A stretch of 64,000 nucleotides of DNA, taken from an uncultured virus (IMG/VR IMGVR_UViG_3300042090_002752). Lineage: Duplodnaviria; Heunggongvirae; Uroviricota; Caudoviricetes. Location: IMG/VR virus record IMGVR_UViG_3300042090_002752. The stretch is one strand, 5' to 3'. The position numbers and the translations under genes are program-made. Below the pieces are notes generated by a model. The model did not search any database. It was not told the origin of the DNA and was given only the letters and a program-made list of their open reading frames with translations. Positions 9,114-18,551 of this stretch are shown one piece after another (position 1 is the stretch's first letter; each line of letters opens with the position of its first letter).

Positions 9114-9602
9114 TCAGGCGGCGTGCATGTAGTCCTGGAGGCCCAGGAAAAGCGCCCGTTCGCGCGCCCTGCGCGTTACCAGGCCAGCGAGCAGCGTGCC
9201 GCCCGCGCCGTGGCACCACTTGGGGAACTCGTCGGCTGCGCCGGCATAATCACCAGCGTTGAGTTTGCTCAGCAGCGTCGAGCTCTGGCCATCGGCGAGA
9301 ACAATAATCCCGTCCTTCACGCCCTTCGCGCCCGGCCCGACATTAAAGAGGATGGAGACCAGCGCGTCGAACTGGTCCTGAGTGAGCGCGACCTTCACGT
9401 GCTCCTGCACCAGATTCTCTGCATAGTGGACATCCTCACAGAGCCAGGCCGAGGCCTGCGCCGGCGTGCACGTCATGCCCAGCCGGACGCTGGCGGTATG
9501 GCCGTAGCCGATGGTGGGGATTCCGGACGGGCACGGATAGGCCTTCAGCTCACAGCCCTCCGAGCCTTCGATCAGTCGAAAGCAATTCTCCGATGCGTTC
9601 AT
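9114..9602 (-). CDS. Phage lysozyme / endolysin (GH24)
   Basis: EGCELKAYPCPSGIPTIGYGHT, QFDALVS..FNVG and GLVTRRARERALF motifs; ATG at 9602 follows AAGGA. Confidence 0.95.
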   Translation of the reverse strand: MNASENCFRLIEGSEGCELKAYPCPSGIPTIGYGHTASVRLGMTCTPAQASAWLCEDVHYAENLVQEHVKVALTQDQFDALVSILFNVGPGAKGVKDGIIVLADGQSSTLLSKLNAGDYAGAADEFPKWCHGAGGTLLAGLVTRRARERALFLGLQDYMHAA

Positions 9603-9612
9603 GATGTTTTCC

Positions 9613-10701
9613 TTATTTCGGTCTGGTTGCAGTGAGGCCCTTGCGCTGCCGGTAGCTGGCGGCCTGCATGAGGGTCTTCTGCGCTTCAATCTCGGTGGTG
9701 TAGCCGGACTGCTGCTCCACGGTGTGCGTCACGCGCACCGCGATCCAGGCATGGTCGATCTCCGGCCGGAAGCCGGAGAGAATTACCGGGCCTTCTGCAC
9801 AGATCGTGGGATTGCCCTGCAGCGTGAGGCGGAGCAGCTCCGAGCCGCGATCGAGGCGTTGCACCCTTGACGTAGCGGCGGCCAACGCCTCGTCACTGTT
9901 CGGGTACTCCGCCGGATCGGTATCGACGGTGTCTTCCTCCGTGGCATCGTCCGAGACTGCTTCCAAGTAAGTGTCCTGGCCGGCCTGCGGATCGTGATAG
10001 CGCGCCCGGGCACGCCGGTGCGAGCTGCGCCGGGTCAGCGTGGCAGACCAGCGCAAGCAGTCGGTGGGTGCAATGTTCGTCGCCGGAATCGACTGGCCGG
10101 TTCCACCAGACGCCGACGGCGCAACGCCGGCGTCGTGCTGAAAGACGATGATCTTGCCGCCCTGGATCTTCCAGCCGGCGTTCACCAGCTCGAGCAGCAC
10201 CGAAAGGTATTCGTTATCGCTCTGGCCGGTCTGCGCGCGGTGTGCGATCTGGAACGCGCCGATCGCCGGATCGACCGCCGCGCCCAGGTGATTGCGGGCG
10301 GCAATCTTCGCCACAATTCCCGCGACCGTCAGTCCGGCGTAGGTGTCATTGTTGCGGGCCTGCAGTCCGGAAATGCAGGTCGAGTTCGCATTCGCCGCGG
10401 GCGCCGGGGTGTTGGCGCTGCGCGCCCGGAGCGTCAGGCGCCGGTCCGGCCCTTCCACCTCCAGCTCATCCACGATCCAGCGGCCCATCGCGGACAAGCC
10501 GGATTCCTTGTATCCAAGCGAACATTCGAGCGTCGCGCCGAAGGGCGGCAGCACAATGGCCGCATCCCGGTCATCCAGGTCGAGCTGCAACTGGTCGGAA
10601 GTCACGCCCACTTCGTCGGTGATGCGCAGGCGGATCAGGCGCGCCGCGATCTTAGATGTGAGATCGACATCGTTGGCGGTGATTTGAAATTGCGGTGTCA
10701 T
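9613..10701 (-). CDS. P2 gpD-like late control / baseplate hub protein
   Basis: RLIRLRITDEVGVTSDQLQLDLDDRD, LGY and HRAQTGQSD motifs; position next to gpX and gpU. Confidence 0.9.
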   Translation of the reverse strand: MTPQFQITANDVDLTSKIAARLIRLRITDEVGVTSDQLQLDLDDRDAAIVLPPFGATLECSLGYKESGLSAMGRWIVDELEVEGPDRRLTLRARSANTPAPAANANSTCISGLQARNNDTYAGLTVAGIVAKIAARNHLGAAVDPAIGAFQIAHRAQTGQSDNEYLSVLLELVNAGWKIQGGKIIVFQHDAGVAPSASGGTGQSIPATNIAPTDCLRWSATLTRRSSHRRARARYHDPQAGQDTYLEAVSDDATEEDTVDTDPAEYPNSDEALAAATSRVQRLDRGSELLRLTLQGNPTICAEGPVILSGFRPEIDHAWIAVRVTHTVEQQSGYTTEIEAQKTLMQAASYRQRKGLTATRPK

Positions 10702-10703
10702 TG

Positions 10704-10916
10704 TCAGCTCCAGAGCTTCACGGTCTGAATCTGCTGGGCCTGGTCGCTGAGATCCGGGAGCGTGATGGCGATCCCCGCGGGCAAGAGCGGACCTTCGTCG
10801 GCGAGGCCGGGATTCGCGGCCAAGATGGCCTCGGTGTAGCCCGCCGTCGCGCCATAGACCTTGTGGGCGATCGCGTCGACCATGTCGCCCGACTCGGTCG
10901 TGTACTGCTGGGTCAT
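10704..10916 (-). CDS. P2 gpX-like tail protein (LysM-like)
   Basis: YTTESGDMVDAIAHKVYG...ILAANPGLA..GPLLPAGIAITLPD...VKLW. Confidence 0.92.
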   Translation of the reverse strand: MTQQYTTESGDMVDAIAHKVYGATAGYTEAILAANPGLADEGPLLPAGIAITLPDLSDQAQQIQTVKLWS

Positions 10917-11806
10917 CAGTGATTCACGCTCCTCGCTGTAGCGACAAGCAGGTTGCCCACAGTCGGGACGGTGCCCTGGCCGATCTGCACGGCCGCCCCG
11001 ATCTGGGAGAGCGATCCTGCCAGGTCCGATCCGAACAGCGTCCGGATCCCGGTCTGCCCGATCCCACTGGTGAGCAACCGGCTTAGCGTGCCCACCGGAT
11101 CATGGGCAATCCCGCTCTTCAGGCTCGAGACCGTCATCGAAATTTGCGCGAGGACGGTTGCCGCGGCGGTGGCGTCCTTCTCGATCAACTGCACCTGCTG
11201 AATCGCCTTGGTGAGCGTCGATGCCGCAACCTGGGGAGGAATCTTGGCAGCAGCGAGTGCGGGTGTCATGCTGCCCAGTTGCGAGGCTTTTACCGGCGGC
11301 ACGACGCCGGACTTGGCGGTCGCGATATCGGGCGGCGTGATCAATGTCGCGCCCTGTTTACCCAGGAGGTTGTACCAGGTCGAGGAGACGTAGCCTTTCG
11401 AACCACTGCTCTCATCATCCGGACCGTAATAGCTGAGCCGCAGAGTGAACTCGATCTTGAGCGGCGTTCCTTTGAACGTCATCGTCCGCTGTTCATCGGT
11501 GATCGCCAGCACGCACCACGGGCCCCAGTTCTCACCGCGCCCGGTGGTGAGCGTCTGCGGCTGGCCCTTCTGAGCGTAGGTGCGCAGAATGTCCACCTGG
11601 TGAATGCCGCCCTGGAACGTGGGCAGGATCACGCCGCGCAGCTCGATTTCATCGCGGCCCACGCCGACGAATTGAAGCGAGGGCCGATGAGCGATCCGGT
11701 TCAGTTCCGCCCAGCGGTATTCCACATTGCGGCGCAACTCCTGATACGCGGCAGTACCGATCGAGAACTGGAAGTTCCCGAGCTGCATCATGATGTCGGT
11801 AGCCAT
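10916..11806 (-). CDS. P2 gpU-like tail protein with C-terminal extension
   Basis: MMQLGNFQFSIGTAAYQELRR...RW...LQFVG...G.WG.W...KIEFTLRL in the first ~130 aa. Confidence 0.88.
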   Translation of the reverse strand: MATDIMMQLGNFQFSIGTAAYQELRRNVEYRWAELNRIAHRPSLQFVGVGRDEIELRGVILPTFQGGIHQVDILRTYAQKGQPQTLTTGRGENWGPWCVLAITDEQRTMTFKGTPLKIEFTLRLSYYGPDDESSGSKGYVSSTWYNLLGKQGATLITPPDIATAKSGVVPPVKASQLGSMTPALAAAKIPPQVAASTLTKAIQQVQLIEKDATAAATVLAQISMTVSSLKSGIAHDPVGTLSRLLTSGIGQTGIRTLFGSDLAGSLSQIGAAVQIGQGTVPTVGNLLVATARSVNH

Positions 11807-14265
11807 CAGTCGTGCATTCCTCCGCGCCGGCGCGCTTCCGCGTCCCGCACTGCATGCTCCAGCTCCGAGCGCACCTGCAAGGCGACTGCGCGCGGATCAG
11901 TGGCGTCGTGAATGGTGATGGGCATATGAATCGTGATCGTGGTGCTGTTTCCCAGACCCTGCCGGAAGCCGTGCGGCAAAGGAACAATGCCCTCCGTGCC
12001 GGCGTCGCCCACCTCGACCAACGTCGGCTTCGTAGCGATGCCGCCCTTCGCCATCCTCTTCGGCTGCTTGATCTCAATCAGGCCGTCGAGCCCGGTGTGG
12101 AGCGGCGTTACCGGAGCGGTCGGAATAGCATGGCCACCAGGGAGTTGCGCTCCCTCCAAAGCAACGCCGGGAGACGGCGCGGCGTAGTTCAGAACAATGT
12201 GCGTGCCGGACCAGCGCTTGAACCGTTCATCCGTCGCGGCCTGAAACTCTTTCTGCTGATGATAGGCAATCGCACCACCCGTGGCGGCGCCCAGGAGTCC
12301 GATCCCAAGCAACGGCGCCAGTGTCGCCATGAGCCCGGCTTCTGCGGTTTCCGCGGTGCCTGCCGCCGTGGCCACTTCCAACTCGGCATCGCGTACACGC
12401 CCCAGCGCGCTGGCCAGCCGCCCCAGGAGTGGGACACGCGTCAAAAGACCCGCTTTCGACGCCGCGCCGGCCGTCGCTTCCTCGCCTTCCGCCACAGCCA
12501 GGCCCTCGGTGGCGACCGCTGCCTCGCCGGTTGCGACGTTCTGCGCGCCAAGTTGGATCGTCGTCTCCAAACTGCGCAGCTTCCACAGCAGTGCCAGTTC
12601 CTTCATCTTTAGAAACGGCGTCAGGATCGACGTCATTGCATAACCGACGATGGTAATGGCACCACCAAGGCCCAGCGCAGCAACGGTCACTCCGCCAATC
12701 CACTTCGCTGCGGTCGGATGTTCATCAAAGAACGCGCCGAGCTTGGCGCAAGCGCCTTCCAGCTTTTCGAGCACCGCCGTGGCGGCCGGCATCATCGCGA
12801 TGCCAATCGGGTTGAAGATCATCCCGATGTTCTTGACCGCCCTTTCCCATTGCTTTTGTGGAGAATTCTCTAACTTCCGATACTCCTCTTGAACGCGTCC
12901 AGTGCTAGCCGCCAGCGCATCCTGTGCGTGCACAAGTTCCCCGGTCGCGGCAGCGCGCGAAAGGTAGAATGCCGCGTCGGCACCACGCCGGGTGAACGCC
13001 TTGGTCAGCGCATCCCGGTTGCGCTCGAGACCGCCCATCCGGTTCAGGCGAGCATTCAAGGAGAGGATGGTGCCTTCGAAGTCCAGGTTGCCCTTGGCGT
13101 CGTGAACCAGTTGGAAACCAAGCTCTTTCGAAGCCTTGGTCAAATTGCGCAGCACCGCACTCATTTGTTGCCCAGCGCCGCCCGCGTCGATGCCATAGCG
13201 GGTGAGCGCGCCAATCGCAGCCCCGGTTTGTTCGAAGCTCACCCGCGCCATGCTGGCCTGCGGCAACGCCTTCGCGAGGCCGGAGCCCAGGCCGCCGATA
13301 TCCTCAATGGCAAAGTTCTGCTGCATCGCCGCCGCGAGGTCGCCGATGCGTGCGAGTTTCGCTTGCGTCGAGCCCACCATCTGCAGCCCGACAGTGTTGT
13401 AAATGTTCGTGATGGCCTTGGCCGTCTCCGCCGCATCTTGCTGCGTTACTTCCGAGACCATGTGCACGGTCTTCGAAGCGATCAGCGCTTCGTCCGCCTG
13501 CAACCCTTCCCGGTTAAGTGTGCCCTGGATGGCGAGCATTTCCGGCATCGTGGCCGAGCTGTTATGCACGAAAGCTCGCGTTTCCCGGATCACGTCACCG
13601 ATTTGTTTCTTGTCGCCACGCAGGACGAAGCCCAGCCGAATCTTGGCATCCTCCGATTCGCTCGCCTTGTCGAAAACGCGCTTCACCGCGGCGCCCAGGA
13701 TGCCGACCTCCACCATGGCGGCCCGCCATTGCGCGCGGTTGGCCTGGTTCTTCTTGAGCGCGGCGCTCGCCCCTTCGTAGCGCTTCATGGCCGCGCCCAG
13801 GTGGTCGAGCGAGGCTTCCACGTGCTGATTGGCCGCGCGGAATTTCTCCGCCGCCGCGGAGGCCTCGGTGTAATCCGTCTTGGCTTTGGCCAGGCTGACG
13901 CTGGTGCGGTCCAGGTTCGCCCGGGCGCGCAGCAACGCCTCATCGGCACGCGCAAGCTGGGCGGCCAGCTTCTCGTCAGCACCCCCGGCCGCCGTAATCT
14001 TCTCTTTGACCTTCGCGAAGGAGGCTTCCGCCTTAGCTAGCGTCCCGCTCTGCTTCTCATACCGCGCGGTGAGCGTTTCTACGGACTCACCCAGGCGCCC
14101 ACTCGCCGCGTCCAGCCGCTTCATCTCCTGCGAGCGCGACGCCAACTCTTTCAGCGTGTCGCCGATCTTCTTGAGACCAGACGTGGTCTTGCCGAAGACC
14201 GAGCCGACGGTCGCATCCATCAGCGCACCGATTTTGACGACGACACTGGCGTTGGAAGTAGGCAT
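11806..14265 (-). CDS. Tail tape measure protein
   Basis: Ala-rich helical 819 aa; follows the tail chaperones; C-terminal MAKGGIATKPT...GDAGTEGIVPL. Confidence 0.9.
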   Translation of the reverse strand: MPTSNASVVVKIGALMDATVGSVFGKTTSGLKKIGDTLKELASRSQEMKRLDAASGRLGESVETLTARYEKQSGTLAKAEASFAKVKEKITAAGGADEKLAAQLARADEALLRARANLDRTSVSLAKAKTDYTEASAAAEKFRAANQHVEASLDHLGAAMKRYEGASAALKKNQANRAQWRAAMVEVGILGAAVKRVFDKASESEDAKIRLGFVLRGDKKQIGDVIRETRAFVHNSSATMPEMLAIQGTLNREGLQADEALIASKTVHMVSEVTQQDAAETAKAITNIYNTVGLQMVGSTQAKLARIGDLAAAMQQNFAIEDIGGLGSGLAKALPQASMARVSFEQTGAAIGALTRYGIDAGGAGQQMSAVLRNLTKASKELGFQLVHDAKGNLDFEGTILSLNARLNRMGGLERNRDALTKAFTRRGADAAFYLSRAAATGELVHAQDALAASTGRVQEEYRKLENSPQKQWERAVKNIGMIFNPIGIAMMPAATAVLEKLEGACAKLGAFFDEHPTAAKWIGGVTVAALGLGGAITIVGYAMTSILTPFLKMKELALLWKLRSLETTIQLGAQNVATGEAAVATEGLAVAEGEEATAGAASKAGLLTRVPLLGRLASALGRVRDAELEVATAAGTAETAEAGLMATLAPLLGIGLLGAATGGAIAYHQQKEFQAATDERFKRWSGTHIVLNYAAPSPGVALEGAQLPGGHAIPTAPVTPLHTGLDGLIEIKQPKRMAKGGIATKPTLVEVGDAGTEGIVPLPHGFRQGLGNSTTITIHMPITIHDATDPRAVALQVRSELEHAVRDAEARRRGGMHD

Positions 14266-14665
14266 CAGCTTTGGGAAGAGAGCGTTTCGCGGAGAGATTG
14301 CGCGGCTTCACACCAGTCGCGGAAATCCTCGAGCGACATCTCGAGAAGTTCGGACAGAGACCAGCCGGTCACGTTTGCAAGGAAGACTACTGCTTGGCGG
14401 AGTTCCGCGGCGTCGGGGAGAAAAAACGCTCAAGTACCGCCTGCAGGCGCGCATAATCGGCGGCATCGAGCTCTTCGATTTCGGCCGGTGTGAGGCTCGC
14501 GAGATTCGCCACCAGGCGGACCTCCTGCTCAGCCGAGCTGCCGGCCACTTTCTGGGCGGCGAGGGTGTCCTTGACCTTTGGCCGGCGCAAAGTGATCTCC
14601 TGGAGCAGTTGCGCGCCGGAAGTAATTGGGTATTCGAGTTTGATCGTGGTTTCAGATTGCTGCAT
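14265..14665 (-). CDS. gpE+E' tail assembly chaperone produced by a -1 programmed frameshift near 14421
   Basis: Slippery T6 run (CGT TTT TTC). The -1 frame reads LPDAAELRQAVVFLANVTGWSLSELLEMSLEDFRDWCEAA..., which is P2 GpE'-like, and ends at a TGA overlapping the tape measure ATG. Confidence 0.8.
14387..14665 (-). CDS. Tail assembly chaperone (P2 gpE / FluMu gp41-like)
   Basis: IKLEYPI...EITLRRPKVKD...LVANLASLTPAEIEELDAADY. Confidence 0.9.
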   Translation of the reverse strand: MQQSETTIKLEYPITSGAQLLQEITLRRPKVKDTLAAQKVAGSSAEQEVRLVANLASLTPAEIEELDAADYARLQAVLERFFSPTPRNSAKQ

Positions 14666-14676
14666 GGAATCCTGCT

Positions 14677-14706
14677 AAAAAGCGGGGCGGCTCGCAACGC
14701 CGCCCC
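14677..14706 (-). terminator. Intrinsic terminator after the tail tube gene
   Basis: Minus strand reads GGGGCGGC-gttgcga-GCCGCCCC followed by GCTTTTT. Confidence 0.65.
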
Positions 14707-14781
14707 ATCTCCAAGGAAAGCGAAAGTAGTCTGCTCCGGGAATCCCGCCCGGACCGGGCCTGCCGTGGCTGCGGAGATGGC

Positions 14782-15288
14782 TTAGATGCCCAGCGCCGTG
14801 CGCTGGCTGGCTAGTTGATCGACGCCCTTGATGATGCGTTTCATGTTGACGACGTCGATCTCGATCACATCCGTGCCGTTGACGGTAAGCCGGTAATAGG
14901 TCACCGCGATGGACGCCTTGAGCGTGGCCTGATCGCCCGCCTTCCAAGTGCCCGGATCCAGCTCTTTGATCCGGCCCCCGACCGTAGCGACGATCGCCTG
15001 CGCGTCCTCGCCCTGGCGTTGCACGGCGCCGCGGAAGCTGAACTGGGTTTCCGCGCTCGTGGTGATGCCCCACAGCGCCATCACGGCGGCGTTGTATTCG
15101 GCCAGCGTGAAGGAGCACTCGAGCTTCTCCGTGCCGGTAATGACCTCGACCGGCGTGTCCATGCCTCCGGCGCGGTACTCCTCCGTCTTCGAAGTCACCT
15201 TCGGCAAATTGAGCTCGGGCGCGAGGCCCACATAGCCTTTGCCGTCGGCAAAGACCGAAAAGTTCTGCAGACGTTGCGGATAAGGCAT
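14782..15288 (-). CDS. Major tail tube protein (P2 FII-like)
   Basis: LNLPKVTSKTEEYRAGGMD...EKLECSF...YYRLTVNG...EIDVVNM..II.GVDQL. Confidence 0.95.
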   Translation of the reverse strand: MPYPQRLQNFSVFADGKGYVGLAPELNLPKVTSKTEEYRAGGMDTPVEVITGTEKLECSFTLAEYNAAVMALWGITTSAETQFSFRGAVQRQGEDAQAIVATVGGRIKELDPGTWKAGDQATLKASIAVTYYRLTVNGTDVIEIDVVNMKRIIKGVDQLASQRTALGI

Positions 15289-16910
15289 TACGCGGTCACC
15301 TCCGTGAGGTAGTTGTCGTTGATCATCGACTGGAAGGTGATGTGCTCAGCCGGGTAAGGCGGGGCGAAATCGAAGTCGATGTAGATCTGGCCGTTGGCGA
15401 TCGTCGCCGGGGTGTTCAGCTCCGGATCGGCCCAGGCTTTGCCGTCGATGATGGCGCCCTCGGCCTGCAGGCTGCGCAGGTAGGAGTTGACGCCATCGAC
15501 GACGTCCGAGAGGAAGGTCTTGGTGATGTTGCGGTCCACAGCCCAGAGGAAGCTCTCGAGAATCGCGTCGTTGATCATGTCGGCGGTGCGAACGACCGAC
15601 ACGAAAGTCCACTGCGGATCGGCCGAGCAGGTGCGGTTGCCCCACAGCCGGTAGCCATCCTGGTAAATTACTGTCGAAATATCGTTCTGGTTGAGCAGAT
15701 TGGCGCGGCTGGAGTAATCCCCCATGGCGAAGTCCACAGGGCGATTGGTGCCGAGCACGCCGTTGAGCACTTGGTTCGACGGCGAGAACCAGAAGCCGTT
15801 GGTGGCGTCCTGGTTCGCGATCACGCCGGCGACGTAAGCAGAAGCCGGCTGCGTGTCGTTGACGTCCGTGACCGGGTTCAAACGGATCACGCCCGGGTCG
15901 ACCAGGAAGATGCGCTTCGAACCCCAGTCATTGCGGAAGCTGATCGCCGAGGCGTCGCTGGTGAGCGGGCCGTTGGCAGCGCTGGGCCCGTCCGCCACTT
16001 GGATTGCGCGCAGTTTGCCCGCCACTGCATCCAGCGCAGCGATGACCGCGTTGGCGGTTGTGCCTGTCTTGACGCCGGTAAAACCCGGCGCGCAAAGAAT
16101 GCGCGGGGTGACGCCCGCAACGCTCGCCGCGGCAAGCAACGCCTGTGCGCCCGTGTAGGCGCCCGTGGTGGCGTTCGTGCCGCCGGCCGCCACCGCCTGC
16201 GTCACCTTGGTCGGGTCGAGGTAGCTGTATGCCACATTGAGCGTGGCATTGGCTGCGATCTTCCCGCCGGAGATAAGGGTGATGAGGCCGGCCTGAGCCG
16301 CGACCGTGTAGTCGGTACCGGAGGTGATGCCGGCGATGGTGTAAGTCACCAGCACCGCCTGGTTCGCAATCAAGCCGCCCCCGCCAACCTGTGTGATCGT
16401 GCCGCCCGCGAAGGTGTAGTCCGTGGTCAGCGCGTAGGTCTTCGTGCCGTCGGCCGACTTTACGACCGGCGCGCTGGCGCCCGCAGGCAAAGGCAAAGCG
16501 GTGCCCTGAAACACCATGGGTGCGGTCACCGGCCCGGTAAGCGCAACTGCCGACGCCGCGACATGCGGAAGCTGAATCTGGCCCAGCGAGCTGAACGCCA
16601 GTGGAGCGGCAGCAACGTTGGTCTGGAGCGTGTTGTCGTTCGGGTCCGCCACGTTGACGACGACCACCTGGGCGCCGCACTGCGCGAAGATCGCAGCCAG
16701 CGCATCCGGGATCGTGAAGCCGTAGCCAGCAGGACCGAACGTCTGGGTTGCGAGCGACTGACTGCCGCTGATGAGTGTCGGGGTGTTGAGCGGCCCGAAC
16801 GGGGCGGAGCCGATCAGGCCAATCACCGCCGAGGACGGAGTCGTGATCGGCCGCGAGCCGGTGTCGATTTGCAGAACTTCGGCACCGTGCAGGAACTGGT
16901 TTCCTGACAT
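15288..16910 (-). CDS. Tail sheath protein (P2 FI-like)
   Basis: FLHGAEV...RPI, PRILCAPGF, GFWFSPSN, GYRLWGNRT and PPYPAEHITF motifs. Confidence 0.95.
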   Translation of the reverse strand: MSGNQFLHGAEVLQIDTGSRPITTPSSAVIGLIGSAPFGPLNTPTLISGSQSLATQTFGPAGYGFTIPDALAAIFAQCGAQVVVVNVADPNDNTLQTNVAAAPLAFSSLGQIQLPHVAASAVALTGPVTAPMVFQGTALPLPAGASAPVVKSADGTKTYALTTDYTFAGGTITQVGGGGLIANQAVLVTYTIAGITSGTDYTVAAQAGLITLISGGKIAANATLNVAYSYLDPTKVTQAVAAGGTNATTGAYTGAQALLAAASVAGVTPRILCAPGFTGVKTGTTANAVIAALDAVAGKLRAIQVADGPSAANGPLTSDASAISFRNDWGSKRIFLVDPGVIRLNPVTDVNDTQPASAYVAGVIANQDATNGFWFSPSNQVLNGVLGTNRPVDFAMGDYSSRANLLNQNDISTVIYQDGYRLWGNRTCSADPQWTFVSVVRTADMINDAILESFLWAVDRNITKTFLSDVVDGVNSYLRSLQAEGAIIDGKAWADPELNTPATIANGQIYIDFDFAPPYPAEHITFQSMINDNYLTEVTA

Positions 16911-16979
16911 AAGTGATTTTCTCCTTTGAGTGGTTTACGCCGGTTCGGGCCGGCCGAAAGAAACTGTCTGGACGAAGCG

Positions 16980-17351
16980 TTAGACCGTAGTGGCGAGGAT
17001 CTGGGCTGCTCGCCCTGCGGCGATTAAACCCGCGGATTCGATGTAGGCCAGCCCCTGCTGCGTCATCGGATAGCAGAGGTCGATCGTCTCGGCAGCATCG
17101 ACGTTCTTCATGAGCGTCGTAAGATACGCTTTCTGATCAGAGGTCAGCGTGGTGCTTGAGGCGAAGTTGTCGAGCGCGACCAGTTCATCCATGCTGAACA
17201 GGTTGCGGAACTGGAGCTTCGATAGCCACACATGCTGTTTCGGAACAATGCTGCCATCGGCGTTGACATCGTAGTTGTCGTTGGCATCGATCAACACTTG
17301 CTCGCCATTAATTACCTGAAAGGTGTTTGTGCCTTGTTTAATGTATTGCAT
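16980..17351 (-). CDS. Hypothetical tail-fibre-associated protein
   Basis: LSKLQFRNLFSMDEL...IDL...GLIAAGRAAQIL; directly follows the fibre genes. Confidence 0.7.
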   Translation of the reverse strand: MQYIKQGTNTFQVINGEQVLIDANDNYDVNADGSIVPKQHVWLSKLQFRNLFSMDELVALDNFASSTTLTSDQKAYLTTLMKNVDAAETIDLCYPMTQQGLAYIESAGLIAAGRAAQILATTV

Positions 17352-17360
17352 GCGCCCTTC

Positions 17361-18551
17361 CTAATACAGGAGATACAGCAGGCCACTGCCGCCATTGCCG
17401 CCGCATGGCGCGGGGGCAGAGACGTTCGTGGCAGCAGGAGCCCCGCCCCCGGCACCGGGCCCACCATTGCCTGCCACCGGGTTAGCGCTCACGCCACCGG
17501 CACCAGCACCCACCAGCGAGCCGTTCGGCACACCGCACGCAGCGCCAGCACCCGAGTATGTTCCATCCACACCGGGGATGAAAACAAATCCTCCCAACAG
17601 CGCTTCGTATGAACTACTTGAGAGCTGCGGCAGAGTGAACGATCCGTTCGGCGTGCCCAGCGCCTTGCTGCTGGCCGCCGGCGTTCCACCATACACGATC
17701 AGATTCCCAAAGATTGTGTTGCTTCCACTAACGGGAAACACCGGTACTGTCGAAAGAACCAGTGCCGCACCGTTTGCCGGCGTGGCCTGAGTGTTCGCCA
17801 CCCTAAACACCAGAAGCGTCGTGCTCGATGCAATGAAAGCGCCATTGTAGTTCGACAAGTAGCTGGCAGAACCGATAGCAACATAAGGCAGCGATGCGAT
17901 ATAGATGCCGAATTGTTGTGCAGAAGCCAATGTAGTCGGAGGTGCAAAGAAAATCCGATTGACACCTGCACTTACCGTTCCAGCTATGTTTGTTGTTAAC
18001 GTCACCACACCGCCAGCAATGGATTGAATCACGCGTGTGGCACTGTCACCCTCGACGTACACGGTCCAGCCAACGGCAATTCCAAATCCCGGCGTACTCG
18101 CAAAGGTCATCGTTGCTGTGCCACTACCTGCTCCCGCTGTCGTCTTGAGCATCACCGGCGTGCCAGCAGGTAGACCGGAGATCAGTGCGCTCGGGACCGT
18201 CAGCATCCAGTCGTTGTAGCTACTGAGGTATGGGTTAACGACAGAGGAACACAAAGAAAGCGTGCCGGCATAGACGCTGGTCTGGACTCCTGCGCCACCG
18301 GCCCCGACGCTGAACGGAATCGAGGCTTGGCCCAGAACCGGGTAATCCACCTCAGCATAGGCGCTGGAACCTCCGGACTGACAGGGATTCGCACCACCTA
18401 CGCATACGCTGGTCCCACCCGATCCGCCAGCGGCCATGAGCGCGCGGACCATCTGCACGCCGGGCGGAACAGTCCACACTCCGGAGCCCGTGAGTTGAAC
18501 GAAGTGCGAGAAGCGGCCACCGCCGCCCATCAGTGCAGTCAAACTTTGCAT
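17361..18551 (-). CDS. Glycine-rich tail fibre / receptor-binding-like protein
   Basis: SGVWTVPPGV...AAGGSGG...VGAGGAG at the N-terminus and GAGGG...GGNGGSG at the C-terminus, enclosing a variable core. Confidence 0.75.
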   Translation of the reverse strand: MQSLTALMGGGGRFSHFVQLTGSGVWTVPPGVQMVRALMAAGGSGGTSVCVGGANPCQSGGSSAYAEVDYPVLGQASIPFSVGAGGAGVQTSVYAGTLSLCSSVVNPYLSSYNDWMLTVPSALISGLPAGTPVMLKTTAGAGSGTATMTFASTPGFGIAVGWTVYVEGDSATRVIQSIAGGVVTLTTNIAGTVSAGVNRIFFAPPTTLASAQQFGIYIASLPYVAIGSASYLSNYNGAFIASSTTLLVFRVANTQATPANGAALVLSTVPVFPVSGSNTIFGNLIVYGGTPAASSKALGTPNGSFTLPQLSSSSYEALLGGFVFIPGVDGTYSGAGAACGVPNGSLVGAGAGGVSANPVAGNGGPGAGGGAPAATNVSAPAPCGGNGGSGLLYLLY

